Below, piece by piece: positions 29,262 to 40,479 of a stretch of DNA of 64,000 bases. The stretch is taken from sequence record OR757435. One strand, given 5' to 3'. The position numbers and the translations under genes are program-made. The notes below the pieces were generated by a model. The model saw nothing but the letters and a program-made list of their open reading frames with translations, was not told the origin of the DNA and did not search any database. Numbering within the stretch: position 1 is the first letter of the stretch; every line of letters starts with the position of its first letter. This DNA comes from Escherichia phage vB-EcoP-XT32.

Positions 29262-30080
29262 TTACCAAGTTTTTTCGAGCCACGACCAATCAAATAGGTC
29301 TTCCGGAGTCTGACCAACAAAGAGCAGCCGAGCATTCTCAAGCATCTTCTCTTCATCTTCAGTATCGAACTTCTTATAATATTCCATTCGTACTATATGA
29401 TACATGGTCCACTTGTCTGTAACACCAGCCAACAACTTAGCTGCTGCTTTCTTCCCTATTCCTTGACGTCGAAGCTGGAGCTTACCTCCCCACATAACTT
29501 CTTTACGTTCTCCACATCCGGGGATATTATCTGTACCGTCTCCAATCAACATCTGATAGAAGAAGTTTTGCCACGAAACTAAATCAGATACATAGTGAGG
29601 AGGAACTTCTTTCTGTCTTTCTCCACAAGCCCAACGGTAGTGCCATCCGGGAGTTATCAACAAATCCTTGTCTCTAGTACAGATGATAGTGTTCTTATCT
29701 CTACGCTGTCTTTCAGCTAGTGCATCATCAGCCTCTCTCCCAAATACATCTATGTATTCATATTTACCTTTAATGTAATCACCAACGTTCTGCCAGTGAA
29801 AAGGTCTTTCTCCGGGAGGTCTGTTTGCCTTGTAGTCTTGCTGCTTAGCAACATCGAAACGGAAGTTACCACCTTCGCTGAAGTAGAACACAACCTTACT
29901 GCAACCTGATCGAGCAATTATAGTATCTATCTTGTACTGAAGTCGTTCAATCATGAAATTGTAATCAACTGGAACACGTCCTGTGTCAAGGAAGGGATGC
30001 TCCTGAGTAAGAGCACCCACTTCATATCGAAGAACGTCAGCATCCACTATAGCTACTTCAGGGAGCTTAACTTCTTCCAT
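29262..30080 (-). CDS. 5'-3' exonuclease / flap endonuclease (T7 gene 6-like)
   Basis: 272 aa; AIVDADVLRYEVG, ICTRDKDLLITPG and IGDGTDNIPGCG match FEN/53EXO family signatures. Confidence 0.8.
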   Translation of the reverse strand: MEEVKLPEVAIVDADVLRYEVGALTQEHPFLDTGRVPVDYNFMIERLQYKIDTIIARSGCSKVVFYFSEGGNFRFDVAKQQDYKANRPPGERPFHWQNVGDYIKGKYEYIDVFGREADDALAERQRRDKNTIICTRDKDLLITPGWHYRWACGERQKEVPPHYVSDLVSWQNFFYQMLIGDGTDNIPGCGERKEVMWGGKLQLRRQGIGKKAAAKLLAGVTDKWTMYHIVRMEYYKKFDTEDEEKMLENARLLFVGQTPEDLFDWSWLEKTW

Positions 30081-30671
30081 AAACTTTATCTCTATTTTCA
30101 GCTATAATCCAATCCAAGTAGTACCGAGCTTCCGAAATAGTTCGATTGTTGGATAATGTACAAGTTTCTAACTGCTCCCCTTCAATATAATTCCTAGAAT
30201 CTCCAGAAAAATCACAACCATTCCTGTGAACTTGAACTACTACTACATTGAAAGACTTTTCTAGCTCTCTCACCTCTGCTTCAAACCCACCATCAGTAAA
30301 CAGGATAACATCATTGTGATTCCTTCCTTCTGACTTGATACTATTTACTGCTTGGGTTCCCATGTAGTTCTTACCAAACATAGGTTTTAAGTAATCTTCA
30401 CTTGTGGAAATCATTAAATCTCTGACAGACCTACCTCCCCATTCAGGCCTAGGTTTTTCTTTCCAGTTTCGATCTTTATAAAACTCCAGAAAATCCTCCA
30501 AGTTCAAACCTAATGCTGCGGAGGCGACTTTGTACATAGGCTCTTTAAATGATTTAATATAACGAGAATAAGACGCAATGTGGGATTTTAGTAACCACTC
30601 CTCAGCTATCGTATCCTTACCACAACCCGGAGGCCCATTAAGAATTACTACTAAAGGTTTAGGCTCATTAC

Positions 30672-30681
<10 letters not shown>
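30067..30681 (-). CDS. P-loop kinase, probably deoxynucleoside monophosphate kinase
   Basis: 204 aa; Walker A LNGPPGCGKDT near N-terminus; sits among nucleotide-metabolism genes. Confidence 0.6.
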
Positions 30682-32167
<1,486 letters not shown>

Positions 32168-32171
<4 letters not shown>

Positions 32172-32428
32172 TCTACTCCACGCTCTTTCAGAGCTTCTAA
32201 CAATCCATTGTGATTAGCAGCACATTCTGTGTACTGGTCCTGATACCACTCCAACGTAGTGGCTAGTGCCTTTCCTTGAGCACTCTCTAAAAGAGGCAGG
32301 TCAACCCTACATTCAGCTTTTAGGTTTGTTGGTAAGGGCATCGATTGCCTGCTGCTGTCGCTCGTTGAACATGCGGATGTAGTCATCACTAGCGCAGACA
32401 TTATAAAAAACTGGTTTAGTTTTCTCAT
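32168..32428 (-). CDS. o-spanin (outer-membrane lipoprotein, Rz1-like), overlapping the i-spanin gene out of frame
   Basis: Start at internal ATG 32428: MRKLNQFFIMSALVMTTSAC with lipobox-like TSAC, Pro-containing mature region; begins inside the i-spanin gene in another frame and extends beyond its stop. Confidence 0.5.
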
Positions 32429-32663
32429 AATGCATCTCTTTATAAACGGTTTCCGTGTTCTTCTTCCAGTTGGATAAACCGGTAAGAACTCTCTGAGCAA
32501 CTTCATCAGCTGCCTTACTTCTTTCAATCTCTAACTCTTGTTGATGCTTTTCTTTATCCAGATTGTTACTGTCTGTTCTGTACTCATTAAACTTCATACC
32601 ACCAAAGAACACCAGAGCAGAGAAGATAACAAATCCTAGATTATCACTTAAAGTGCTTTGCAT
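32313..32663 (-). CDS. i-spanin (inner-membrane spanin, Rz-like)
   Basis: Start at ATG 32663 (GGAG upstream); N-terminal TM GFVIFSALVFFGG then charged helical periplasmic domain (EKHQQELEIERSKAADEVAQ). Confidence 0.55.
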   Translation of the reverse strand: MQSTLSDNLGFVIFSALVFFGGMKFNEYRTDSNNLDKEKHQQELEIERSKAADEVAQRVLTGLSNWKKNTETVYKEMHYEKTKPVFYNVCASDDYIRMFNERQQQAIDALTNKPKS

Positions 32664-32674
32664 ATTGACTCCAA

Positions 32675-32698
32675 CGAAAAAAGCCACCCGAAGGTGGC
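32675..32698 (-). terminator. rho-independent terminator (minus strand) between SSB gene and spanin genes
   Basis: Minus-strand hairpin AGCCACC-TTCG-GGTGGCT followed by TTTTTTCG. Confidence 0.5.
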
Positions 32699-32720
32699 TA
32701 AGCTATAACAAGGAGAGTTA

Positions 32721-33467
32721 TCAGAATGGGCTGTCGTTGTCATCTTCATAAGTAGAAGCAGGCTCTTTATCAATCGTAGGGATTGAAGGAGTAGCTTCTT
32801 TCTGCTCTGTTTCAGAAGCACGAGTAATTTCACGACCAGCCAGAGGCATGTTCTTAGCGTCATTAGCTTGAGTAAGCAGGTTGCGCTGGAACGGGAACAT
32901 CAGTTGATAGGATGCTACGTTCTCATCGGTTTCCGCATACGGTTCGAAGAATACCAGAGGACTGCGAGCTTCACCAACTGCTGCACGATATTTGGTTGGG
33001 ATTGGAGAAATGGTCTTGATGGAGTTTTTAACTTCACCAGCTTTGTTAGTGTAGGAGTTAACCAGAATGTTAACAGGCTGACCTAACAACACATCCTTAA
33101 ACCAAGACAGATCACCTTTCAGTGCTTGAATGCTTGGGTCAATCATCTTGCAGAGATCAAGAATACCAGAGTTCTTAGCTCGTGGGTTTACATCATAACT
33201 CTTGAACTGGCAAGCAGGACGTGGTTCTAATGCCTTACCATCGGAATCTTTACCAGTAGCATCAACACCAATCAGCTCGAAAGCCAAATCCATACGGAAA
33301 GCTGGATTCTTAGGAGTTACTGCTTTGGTCTTCGGGTCAACCCAAGGATCACGATTGTGAACACCCAAACCTACTACACGAACGATACGTGCTTCATATT
33401 CACCATCAGGGATAATATCGTAGTTGGATTTACGAGAAGAAGTTGCGATAGTTGGGATCATGCTCAT
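32721..33467 (-). CDS. single-stranded DNA-binding protein (T7 gp2.5-like)
   Basis: 248 aa; acidic C-terminal tail ending in aromatic residue (...TYEDDNDSPF) as in gp2.5-type SSBs; lies in the replication gene region. Confidence 0.55.
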   Translation of the reverse strand: MSMIPTIATSSRKSNYDIIPDGEYEARIVRVVGLGVHNRDPWVDPKTKAVTPKNPAFRMDLAFELIGVDATGKDSDGKALEPRPACQFKSYDVNPRAKNSGILDLCKMIDPSIQALKGDLSWFKDVLLGQPVNILVNSYTNKAGEVKNSIKTISPIPTKYRAAVGEARSPLVFFEPYAETDENVASYQLMFPFQRNLLTQANDAKNMPLAGREITRASETEQKEATPSIPTIDKEPASTYEDDNDSPF

Positions 33468-33523
33468 TATTAATTTCCTTATTTAATTTGAAAGATTGTT
33501 GCTCTCTTTGAGCGGTTATGTAT

Positions 33524-33534
33524 AGTATACATTA
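33524..33534 (-). promoter_or_regulatory. TAATGTATACT motif, minus orientation, about 58 nt upstream of SSB gene
   Basis: Plus strand reads AGTATACATTA; reverse complement matches TAATGTATA core. Confidence 0.35.
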
Positions 33535-33597
33535 CGCTTATACCGATAAGGGTACTATATAATATAAGTATCTTTGGTAGTAGATATAACACACTAG

Positions 33598-33607
33598 TAA
33601 TGTATAT
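33598..33607 (+). promoter_or_regulatory. TAATGTATAT motif (third exact copy) in AT-rich intergenic region
   Basis: Exact 10-mer followed by ATTGTATAG; region 33468-33800 is AT-rich and non-coding. Confidence 0.4.
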
Positions 33608-33800
33608 ATTGTATAGCTAGTAAAGCTATTGCAGGCTTGTATATTGGGCAATCATCGTAACCCTTGCAAGTACCGAAGGGCAGGAGACACCTGCGAGATA
33701 AAAATAGAGAATTGAGGAAATCCTTGATTTAGGTTGAGGACTCCTAGGACTTTGATTCTCTATTAAAATCAAAAGAAAACTTAACTTAAAACAATAACTT

Positions 33801-34439
33801 CTACCATTCTAAAAGACCTTTAAAACTAGTTTGTTCTACTGTTCTCTGAAAAAGTAAGTTAGATTCTGCTTGAGATTCTAATTGAATCTTCTTTCGGATT
33901 TCATCCAATTGCTCTCTACTTTTATCTCCCACTGGAAATAATGTAGTTTCTAAAATGCTTTTTCTTGCAGCGAACTCTTTACGAATTTCTTGCAGAGACA
34001 CAGCTCTGTAATCAATCTGTTCCATAGAAGTACAAAAGTATCTCCAATCTCTGATAGTAGAATTATGAGTATGAGCATAGATATTATACTTTCCTCTCAT
34101 TTCATCAGAGTGAATAGGAATATGAGTTACCCAAAACTCTTTATATTTAAAGTCACCAGAGATTCTACGGAAGACTTTCATCATATCAGGGAGAAGTTCT
34201 AATCTGTCATGATTTCCTAAGACCAGATGCTTCTCTCCTCTAACTTCAGCGATGATGTCAAGGGCATACTTTTCAAACACCCAATCACCGGTAAAGAAAA
34301 CTTTATCACGTTTGGTTACGTGGTCAAAAGCAGCCAGAATTGCTTTGTCATGTTCTTCGATGTTTTTAAATTGCTTACGAAAACTACAGATGTTTCGATG
34401 GCCTAAGTGACCATCTCCTGCAAAATAAACTTCAGCCAT
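33801..34439 (-). CDS. calcineurin-like metallophosphoesterase
   Basis: 212 aa; motifs GDGHLGH, FTGDWVFE, LGNHDR, THIPIH, AHTHN. Confidence 0.75.
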   Translation of the reverse strand: MAEVYFAGDGHLGHRNICSFRKQFKNIEEHDKAILAAFDHVTKRDKVFFTGDWVFEKYALDIIAEVRGEKHLVLGNHDRLELLPDMMKVFRRISGDFKYKEFWVTHIPIHSDEMRGKYNIYAHTHNSTIRDWRYFCTSMEQIDYRAVSLQEIRKEFAARKSILETTLFPVGDKSREQLDEIRKKIQLESQAESNLLFQRTVEQTSFKGLLEW

Positions 34440-34448
34440 AAAGACCTC

Positions 34449-34931
34449 TTAGGTAGTTAATTTATGATCTTCCTCCGCTCTGTTTCTAACAGAGACGGCT
34501 TCCTCTAGGGTTGAGAAAGTTCCTAGGTATTTAGTTTTACCTCTAATATGTATGTTGGCTATGTACTTCCCTCTTGAATTGAGGTATACGCCCTTAGCTC
34601 CTGATGTGTTGTTAGAGTTCAAACCCTTGTTCCAAGAATTATTCTCGTTGTTAACTTCTCTAAGGTTGCCTATGGAATCGTTGGAAGGGTTTCGATCAAT
34701 GTGATCTATTTGATCTTTAGGTAAAACACCATTAGCAAAATACCAAATGATGTGGTATCTGTAAATGGCTCTTCCTTTCAATCGAATAAGCACTCTTCCA
34801 TCCTTTTTTGAAGTTCCTGCCTCGTCACCCCGCCTGCATTTTGTTCCGTTGTGAATTCTCCAGAACACTTTCCCAGATGATAAATCACAAACAAAGAACT
34901 CATCCAGAAGATCTTCTATCATATCATGCAA
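34449..34931 (-). CDS. HNH homing endonuclease with AP2-type DNA-binding domain
   Basis: 160 aa; HNH core DQIDHIDRNPSNDSIGNLR then AP2-like GVYLNSRGKYIANIHIRGKTKYLGTFSTLEEA. Confidence 0.75.
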   Translation of the reverse strand: MHDMIEDLLDEFFVCDLSSGKVFWRIHNGTKCRRGDEAGTSKKDGRVLIRLKGRAIYRYHIIWYFANGVLPKDQIDHIDRNPSNDSIGNLREVNNENNSWNKGLNSNNTSGAKGVYLNSRGKYIANIHIRGKTKYLGTFSTLEEAVSVRNRAEEDHKLTT

Positions 34932-35170
34932 CCATCACAGGTTAAGTCACCTAGCAGGGACAAGGAAAGTAATCTGGATTGCTCATCACTGTATAGTTGA
35001 TCAATTTCTTCTTTAAGTTTTGCCAATTCAATAAAGTTGATAAGCTGTCCATGTTCTAAACAGTCTGTTTTCAGTACGAACAAAACTTCAGCGTCTTTTG
35101 AATCTTCACTTGAGTATTTATCAATGTATTCCATTTTACACCACATCTCCTTGTTTGTTGTTAATAACAT
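34919..35170 (-). CDS. hypothetical protein
   Basis: 83-aa ORF in operon-like array. Confidence 0.4.
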   Translation of the reverse strand: MLLTTNKEMWCKMEYIDKYSSEDSKDAEVLFVLKTDCLEHGQLINFIELAKLKEEIDQLYSDEQSRLLSLSLLGDLTCDGCMI

Positions 35171-35357
35171 CCAGTGCTGTGTAAGCCTTACCTGTTCCTA
35201 GATATTCTAGAACCGGAGGACTTTTCTTTTCTTCAGCGACTACATAAGGTGTGATCTTTCCTTTCAGTACAGCCTGAGATGCTTTAGCACTGTCTTCAGA
35301 TGTGTGAACAGTAGTAAGCCCTTTCTTTCCAATTCTATAAGTGTGAATCCAAATCAT
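35136..35357 (-). CDS. hypothetical protein
   Basis: Start placed at internal ATG 35357 (MIWIHTYRIGKKG...). Confidence 0.4.
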   Translation of the reverse strand: MIWIHTYRIGKKGLTTVHTSEDSAKASQAVLKGKITPYVVAEEKKSPPVLEYLGTGKAYTALDVINNKQGDVV

Positions 35358-35517
35358 ACTTCTTCCTCGTATTCCCAATTTCTTTCATAATATCCAGAGT
35401 TATAGTTTAGGGCGCACTTCTCGGCCTCTTCTATATCATCAGTGTTTAGGATATTAACCCATCCACCAACTTCATCAAAACCTTCTTCTACCTCGTTAAA
35501 CCATACACTATACTTTT

Positions 35518-35928
35518 TCATCGAATCACCAGAGGCTCTTCAGAGTACACAGGAGCGGCTATTTCTACAGGAGGTGCTGCCCTAAGGTCATTAAGTCTTA
35601 CACCCTTCAGCATACCATCTAGGTGGTCCTTTTTGGGGATTCCAACAGGGAAATCGTCAATCCAGATATCTACAAAGAAACCTAACTGTCGACAAACCTC
35701 ATCCTTCTGCACACCATTACAAAAGATGATAGGAATTTGCAAACACTCTGCATCAATCTTAATGTCGTGATTATCATATCCATTAGGCTCTGCAAAGCGA
35801 TAAGTTACAAAACGTACATCATAACCTTTAGCTTGCATTAATGCCACCACAGAGCGCCACAGCTTCTTATCTGAGGTGTAAGTATCATCGTAATCTAAAC
35901 CAATATTCATGTCAAATCCTTTAGACAA
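35518..35928 (-). CDS. hypothetical protein (possible HAD-like phosphatase)
   Basis: 136 aa, TTG start; N-terminal IGLDYDDTYTS resembles a DxD phosphatase motif; weak. Confidence 0.4.
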   Translation of the reverse strand: MSKGFDMNIGLDYDDTYTSDKKLWRSVVALMQAKGYDVRFVTYRFAEPNGYDNHDIKIDAECLQIPIIFCNGVQKDEVCRQLGFFVDIWIDDFPVGIPKKDHLDGMLKGVRLNDLRAAPPVEIAAPVYSEEPLVIR

Positions 35929-35956
35929 GAAAAGCCGCCCTAAGGCAGCTTCTTAT

Positions 35957-36133
35957 TTAACTTTTTACTTTAGCTTCAAGTGTTTCATTTTCAATACTCA
36001 AGTCAATCACTACACCAGTAAGCTCAACGACTGCTTGGCGAAGGGCATCTTTACCCATAGAGTGTACTTGAGTTAGGAAGAAAGCTTTACCTTCTTCAGT
36101 GGACATGGTTTCTTTCAATTCAGTTGCAGTCAT
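35957..36133 (-). CDS. hypothetical small protein
   Basis: 58-aa ORF (MTATELKETMSTEEGKAFF...) with GAGG upstream of ATG; below the ORF-track length cutoff. Confidence 0.35.
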   Translation of the reverse strand: MTATELKETMSTEEGKAFFLTQVHSMGKDALRQAVVELTGVVIDLSIENETLEAKVKS

Positions 36134-36326
36134 TCTTTTCCTCTCTCTCTTTCCATAGTTCAGCGAGTTCTAAATAAAACTCAGCTTCATCAGGACGTCC
36201 TTGTTCATTACAGATGGCGCTCTGACGATAACACCAATCCGATTGCATCTCTTCCACTTCAATCTCCTTGTTATGAACTAATCAATAAGACTAGTTCATT
36301 TGTATTCCAATCTTTCAGTTCTGAAT

Positions 36327-38171
36327 TTAGTGAGTTTGCATCCAATTCAATCCGATTTTACAATCAGAAGCTAGTTCACAGTGCATGTTTAGATATTCAC
36401 CTGCCTTCTTAACACAAGTCTCAGCTATCTTCTTCATTTTATCAACGTCGTTACGGTTGACAGACCACTGTGCTTCATCATGATAATCGATCACTTTGTT
36501 TCCTCTAATATTCTGCTGCTCTACCCATTTGTTTGTAAACAGAATAGAGTACTTCATGACAATGGCACCTGCACTCTGAAGTAGAGTATTCAGTGCTTTA
36601 TGCACCATAACCTTACCAGTAGCATCTCGTCTCATAGTTAACTTACGACCATCCACACCTTCCAAAGTGCCTGATTCCGCTCGGGCCTGAACTCTCTCCA
36701 GTACGATAGGAATACAAGGACATTCCGCTAAGAATCGCTCTCTAAGAATTTCACCTTCTTGAGCACCCCCTCCAACTATTTCCCCAATTTTAGCTGCTCC
36801 TGCTCCATACAGGAATCCATAGATGAAGGTTTTTGCATTGTCACGAGTTGGAAGCCCAGCGAGTTTCTGATTGTGGGAATGAATATCACCAGACAGCAGT
36901 ACATCTCTGTATGTATAGGCAGCTTCTAAGCCTTTCTCAGCTCTTAGATATTTAACTTTGTCATTTTCTAGTTTAGCCTCCTCCATCATATCAAGGCACT
37001 CTTTTACTAGATAATGTACCAGCATACGCAACTCTAACCCAGAACCATCATACCCTAAGAATACTTCTTTACCAGCGGGTATGTAATATTTGTAAGCACC
37101 TACAGGCTTATCTTTCTTCCCCGGCTTACCTTTCTCGTAAATTACGTTAGTACCTTTTCGTATATAACAACCATCAGGAACAACGTTAGTAATAACGAAA
37201 GGACGAGAGTGATCATCATCTGAGTTATAGTCAGACTCAAACAAACTGCGACACTCATGACCAAACAAACCACGGGAGGGAATATTAACCACGATACGAT
37301 GTTTGAATCGAAAAGTCGGCGTAGCGCAGCTGTTAGCTTCTGCCGAAAGTTTACCATCTTCGCGTTCCTTTGCTATTAGTCCACTGATAAGACCTAGCCT
37401 GTGAGCCGCTACAACGCGTCTCTTAAGCAAACTTCCGACACTTCCTAACTCACCCCCTAACCCTTCTTCAAGAGTCTCCTCGAGGTTTGTAGGAGCTGTA
37501 GGCCACTTGTTTGAGGTAGCTAGTGCTATCTTAATCTCGTCAAAAGTGATAGGTCTACGTCGGTTAGGATTTAAACCTAAACCAAATACATAAGCCTTCA
37601 TATAGTTCTTAGTCTTAAACCTAAAATGCTTTTCTAAGAACTTCCTAATATCAGCGTCAACCATCTCGGCTGTCTGCTTCTGTTTAGCATTACCTCGCAT
37701 CCAAGCTGAATACCATGCTTGGTATGTTCCATACTTTCGCATATCTTTCTTGATTTCAAAAGTATTCCAAGGTTTCTTTGATACGTTAAACTCTGGAGGA
37801 AGAAAACCCTCATCCATAAGGGCTTCTTTAACTCGTGCATCTTTCGATGGGTCAAAGTCTACGTATTCAACACAGGTGAATGCTCCACCAATGTCTTCTC
37901 TCTTAAGTCCAACTCTATCACAATAGGCTTGAGGCCATTTCTGTAAAGCTCCAGACTTCTTAAATGGTTTCATGTAAGTAGAGCCATCTAATCGCATCTT
38001 AGGTAAGAGAGGAATCAGTTCTTTGTCAATATTAACAATAATCTCTTTAAGGAGGTGAACATACCACCGAGCATTTCTTCGGTTGAAACTCACTCCGTGC
38101 TTCGCTTGCTTAGAGATTATATCAGCGACAGTCATCTCTGTCAAAAATGGGAGAGCGTCCGGGTTGCTCAC
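36327..38171 (-). CDS. DNA polymerase, family A, polymerase domain only
   Basis: 614 aa; motif A GYDGSGLELRMLVH, motif B RDNAKTFIYGFLYGAG, motif C YHDEAQ; no 3'-5' exonuclease motifs in this ORF. Confidence 0.85.
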   Translation of the reverse strand: MSNPDALPFLTEMTVADIISKQAKHGVSFNRRNARWYVHLLKEIIVNIDKELIPLLPKMRLDGSTYMKPFKKSGALQKWPQAYCDRVGLKREDIGGAFTCVEYVDFDPSKDARVKEALMDEGFLPPEFNVSKKPWNTFEIKKDMRKYGTYQAWYSAWMRGNAKQKQTAEMVDADIRKFLEKHFRFKTKNYMKAYVFGLGLNPNRRRPITFDEIKIALATSNKWPTAPTNLEETLEEGLGGELGSVGSLLKRRVVAAHRLGLISGLIAKEREDGKLSAEANSCATPTFRFKHRIVVNIPSRGLFGHECRSLFESDYNSDDDHSRPFVITNVVPDGCYIRKGTNVIYEKGKPGKKDKPVGAYKYYIPAGKEVFLGYDGSGLELRMLVHYLVKECLDMMEEAKLENDKVKYLRAEKGLEAAYTYRDVLLSGDIHSHNQKLAGLPTRDNAKTFIYGFLYGAGAAKIGEIVGGGAQEGEILRERFLAECPCIPIVLERVQARAESGTLEGVDGRKLTMRRDATGKVMVHKALNTLLQSAGAIVMKYSILFTNKWVEQQNIRGNKVIDYHDEAQWSVNRNDVDKMKKIAETCVKKAGEYLNMHCELASDCKIGLNWMQTH

Positions 38172-38187
38172 TTTATACTCCTTTAAA

Positions 38188-38604
38188 TTATTGGTAAAGT
38201 AAATCTGTAAATGCTTGGTTATCTTCTACCACATCTAACATGGTAGCTTCGTCACTATAAGCCCTAACCATCCCATTGATAACTGTACGAGGAGGAGGTG
38301 GTGCATGGTTAGCCCCAGCTTCACGAGGTTGCTCTCGTACTAAATGGGCCACAACCCTTTGGTTAGCGACTTCTTCTCTTTCTCGAATAGCTCTCTGGAT
38401 ATAAGCTAACTTCATACCCCAAACTTCTTCAAACTCTTGAGGGTGCTTATCACTGATAACTACATACTGACGATCAGGGATACCAGAGCGAATCTCTGAC
38501 AACAGTTCATGGAACAAATCAAGTTCGTGTTCAGTGAGATTCATTTCGATATCATCCCACTTGAGAACTAGGAATCTGTTTTGATGTCTAGCTGGTAATG
38601 GCAT
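38188..38604 (-). CDS. hypothetical protein
   Basis: 138-aa ORF following the polymerase gene. Confidence 0.45.
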   Translation of the reverse strand: MPLPARHQNRFLVLKWDDIEMNLTEHELDLFHELLSEIRSGIPDRQYVVISDKHPQEFEEVWGMKLAYIQRAIREREEVANQRVVAHLVREQPREAGANHAPPPPRTVINGMVRAYSDEATMLDVVEDNQAFTDLLYQ

Positions 38605-38605
38605 T

Positions 38606-38764
38606 CTACTCCACCTCTACTTCAATGTAAGTTCTCTCACCAACGTCATCTTTTAAGACCCACGCCTTAGCATCTTCTTCAGACTTAAAAGCTTTCACAA
38701 CGCTGTATCCACCTTCCCATTCATCACCGACCCAGCGCTTTCCTACGTAAATGTATTCTTTCAT
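38606..38764 (-). CDS. hypothetical small protein
   Basis: 52-aa ORF (MKEYIYVGKRWVGDEWEGG...) filling the gap between annotated ORFs. Confidence 0.35.
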   Translation of the reverse strand: MKEYIYVGKRWVGDEWEGGYSVVKAFKSEEDAKAWVLKDDVGERTYIEVEVE

Positions 38765-38767
38765 CAC

Positions 38768-39043
38768 TCAACCTTTTGGGAATGGCGTTAAAGATTCCAT
38801 AGCAGATTTAATTTCGCTATTGATTCGAGCATCTCGATAAGAGATAAACTTACCTTTGCTGTCACGTAACATCACATGGGTTCTGGCTGTTTTGTGAGGG
38901 AGCAATGTGATACTGGTTGGGATAGTGTCAACCCCTGCAAGATATGTGTCAATAGTCTTGCTTTCAGTCAACAGATAAGACCAAGTTTTCTCCGGATGGT
39001 TAGGGTATATGTCTCGAATCTGAACCATAGCTAATTTATTCAT
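38768..39043 (-). CDS. hypothetical protein, paralog A of tandem pair
   Basis: C-terminus ...TARTHVMLRDSKGKFISYRDARINSEIKSAMESLTPFPKG resembles the adjacent gene. Confidence 0.5.
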   Translation of the reverse strand: MNKLAMVQIRDIYPNHPEKTWSYLLTESKTIDTYLAGVDTIPTSITLLPHKTARTHVMLRDSKGKFISYRDARINSEIKSAMESLTPFPKG

Positions 39044-39044
39044 A

Positions 39045-39293
39045 TTAAACTCCTTTAGGGAATGGGATGAGGTTTTCTACTGCAACACGGAATTCTTTCT
39101 CTACATCTTTATTCTTATAAGAAATGAACTTCCCATCAGCACCACGGAGGATTACGTTAGTACGAGCTGTTTTTGGGTTATGACCAATCTGGTTTGCAAT
39201 GAGATTAGCAATGCCATGATTGTTGGTGAATTTCCACTTAACCAGACGGACAGTCATTACATCAATAATAGTTACAGTTTTTACAATAGACAT
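39045..39293 (-). CDS. hypothetical protein, paralog B of tandem pair
   Basis: C-terminus ...TARTNVILRGADGKFISYKNKDVEKEFRVAVENLIPFPKGV. Confidence 0.5.
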   Translation of the reverse strand: MSIVKTVTIIDVMTVRLVKWKFTNNHGIANLIANQIGHNPKTARTNVILRGADGKFISYKNKDVEKEFRVAVENLIPFPKGV

Positions 39294-39361
39294 AGTTATT
39301 ACCTAAGAAGTTTAATTCGGTTTATATAAAAGAAAAGGCCACCCATTTGGGTAGCCTCATA

Positions 39362-39685
39362 TTACGAGGAGCTTAAAGCTCCTTTTCGCTTAGCAGCGCC
39401 AGCTGCCTTCCCAGCTCGATCTCCACTTTTGCCGCCAGCTGAACGATTTCCGCTGACTGTTTCAACACGTAAGTTGCTTGACGCATTAGAGCCTCCTGAC
39501 TTGATGGCTCGCTTGTGTCCAACGTCTTTACCTCTGACAGCAGCTTTTCCATCGCGCTTTTCAACGATGCGACGTGCACGGTGGCGCTGAGCATCTCCGC
39601 TCTTGCTACCAATTCCCGTTTCACCCCTTGCGATGGCGGTACGTCTTTCTTGTGCATAATCTCTCTTTCCTACATGGTCTGCCAT
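39362..39685 (-). CDS. highly basic Gly/Arg/Lys-rich protein (putative nucleic-acid binding)
   Basis: 107 aa, about 30 percent K/R, G-rich; an alternative overlapping frame (39373-39657) cannot be excluded. Confidence 0.35.
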   Translation of the reverse strand: MADHVGKRDYAQERRTAIARGETGIGSKSGDAQRHRARRIVEKRDGKAAVRGKDVGHKRAIKSGGSNASSNLRVETVSGNRSAGGKSGDRAGKAAGAAKRKGALSSS

Positions 39686-39741
39686 TTAAAACTCCTTAAT
39701 ATATCAGTGTACACTAAGGAGTATACATTATAAGTTACTGT

Positions 39742-40479
39742 TTAAGCTTTCTTTTCCATTGCTTTAACAATAGCTTTACAGAAACCAGAACGAACAATGT
39801 CATCTGATTCGCCGTCTACAATCTCAGCGAACTCATACAGATCATGTTCATCAATAAAGTTAGTAGCCCAAGTAAGACCACTCTCACGACCACGCATATC
39901 ATGCTGGTTTGTATCACCCATGCAGAACAGCTGAGAGGTTTCTCCCAATCGAGTCATGATTGAGAAGGCTTCATCTTTAGTGGTGTTCTGGAACTCATCA
40001 ACGATAACGATAGCATCATTGAAAGAACGACCACGGAGATACTCCAGAGGTACAAACTCAATGTTACTATTACCGAGCTGGCATTCATAGAACCCCTTAC
40101 CATATCTCTGAGTAATAACATCAATGATTGGCATCAGATATGGTTCAAATTTCTCACGCATTCCTCCCGGAAGCAACCCAAGTGAGTTACCCATGCCAAC
40201 AGAAGGGCGACTCAGAATGATCTTCTGAATCTTACCACTCTTCAGTGCATCAATAACTGTGGAAGTGATTACAAAGGTCTTCCCGCAGCCCGCAGGAGCG
40301 TCTGTGAACACAACTTGTTTAGTCTTGATAGCATTGAGCAGTTCAGACTGGAACTGGTTCTGAGGGACTACAGGCTTTGCTAAAACCACCTCTTCAAACT
40401 CGCGCTTACCCTTACGAGTGACAAGTGCTTCCCGACGAAGGTCTTTCCGTGATTCTTTCCGTGATTGACGACGACTCAT
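39742..40479 (-). CDS. phoH: PhoH-like ATPase
   Basis: 245 aa; Walker A DAPAGCGKTF, Walker B IVIVDEFQN. Confidence 0.85.
   Translation of the reverse strand: MSRRQSRKESRKDLRREALVTRKGKREFEEVVLAKPVVPQNQFQSELLNAIKTKQVVFTDAPAGCGKTFVITSTVIDALKSGKIQKIILSRPSVGMGNSLGLLPGGMREKFEPYLMPIIDVITQRYGKGFYECQLGNSNIEFVPLEYLRGRSFNDAIVIVDEFQNTTKDEAFSIMTRLGETSQLFCMGDTNQHDMRGRESGLTWATNFIDEHDLYEFAEIVDGESDDIVRSGFCKAIVKAMEKKA

Noticed and set aside
32664-32687. GTG start at 32687 for the i-spanin
   Set aside because: That extension lies within the upstream terminator hairpin; the ATG at 32663 with a GGAG RBS is more plausible.
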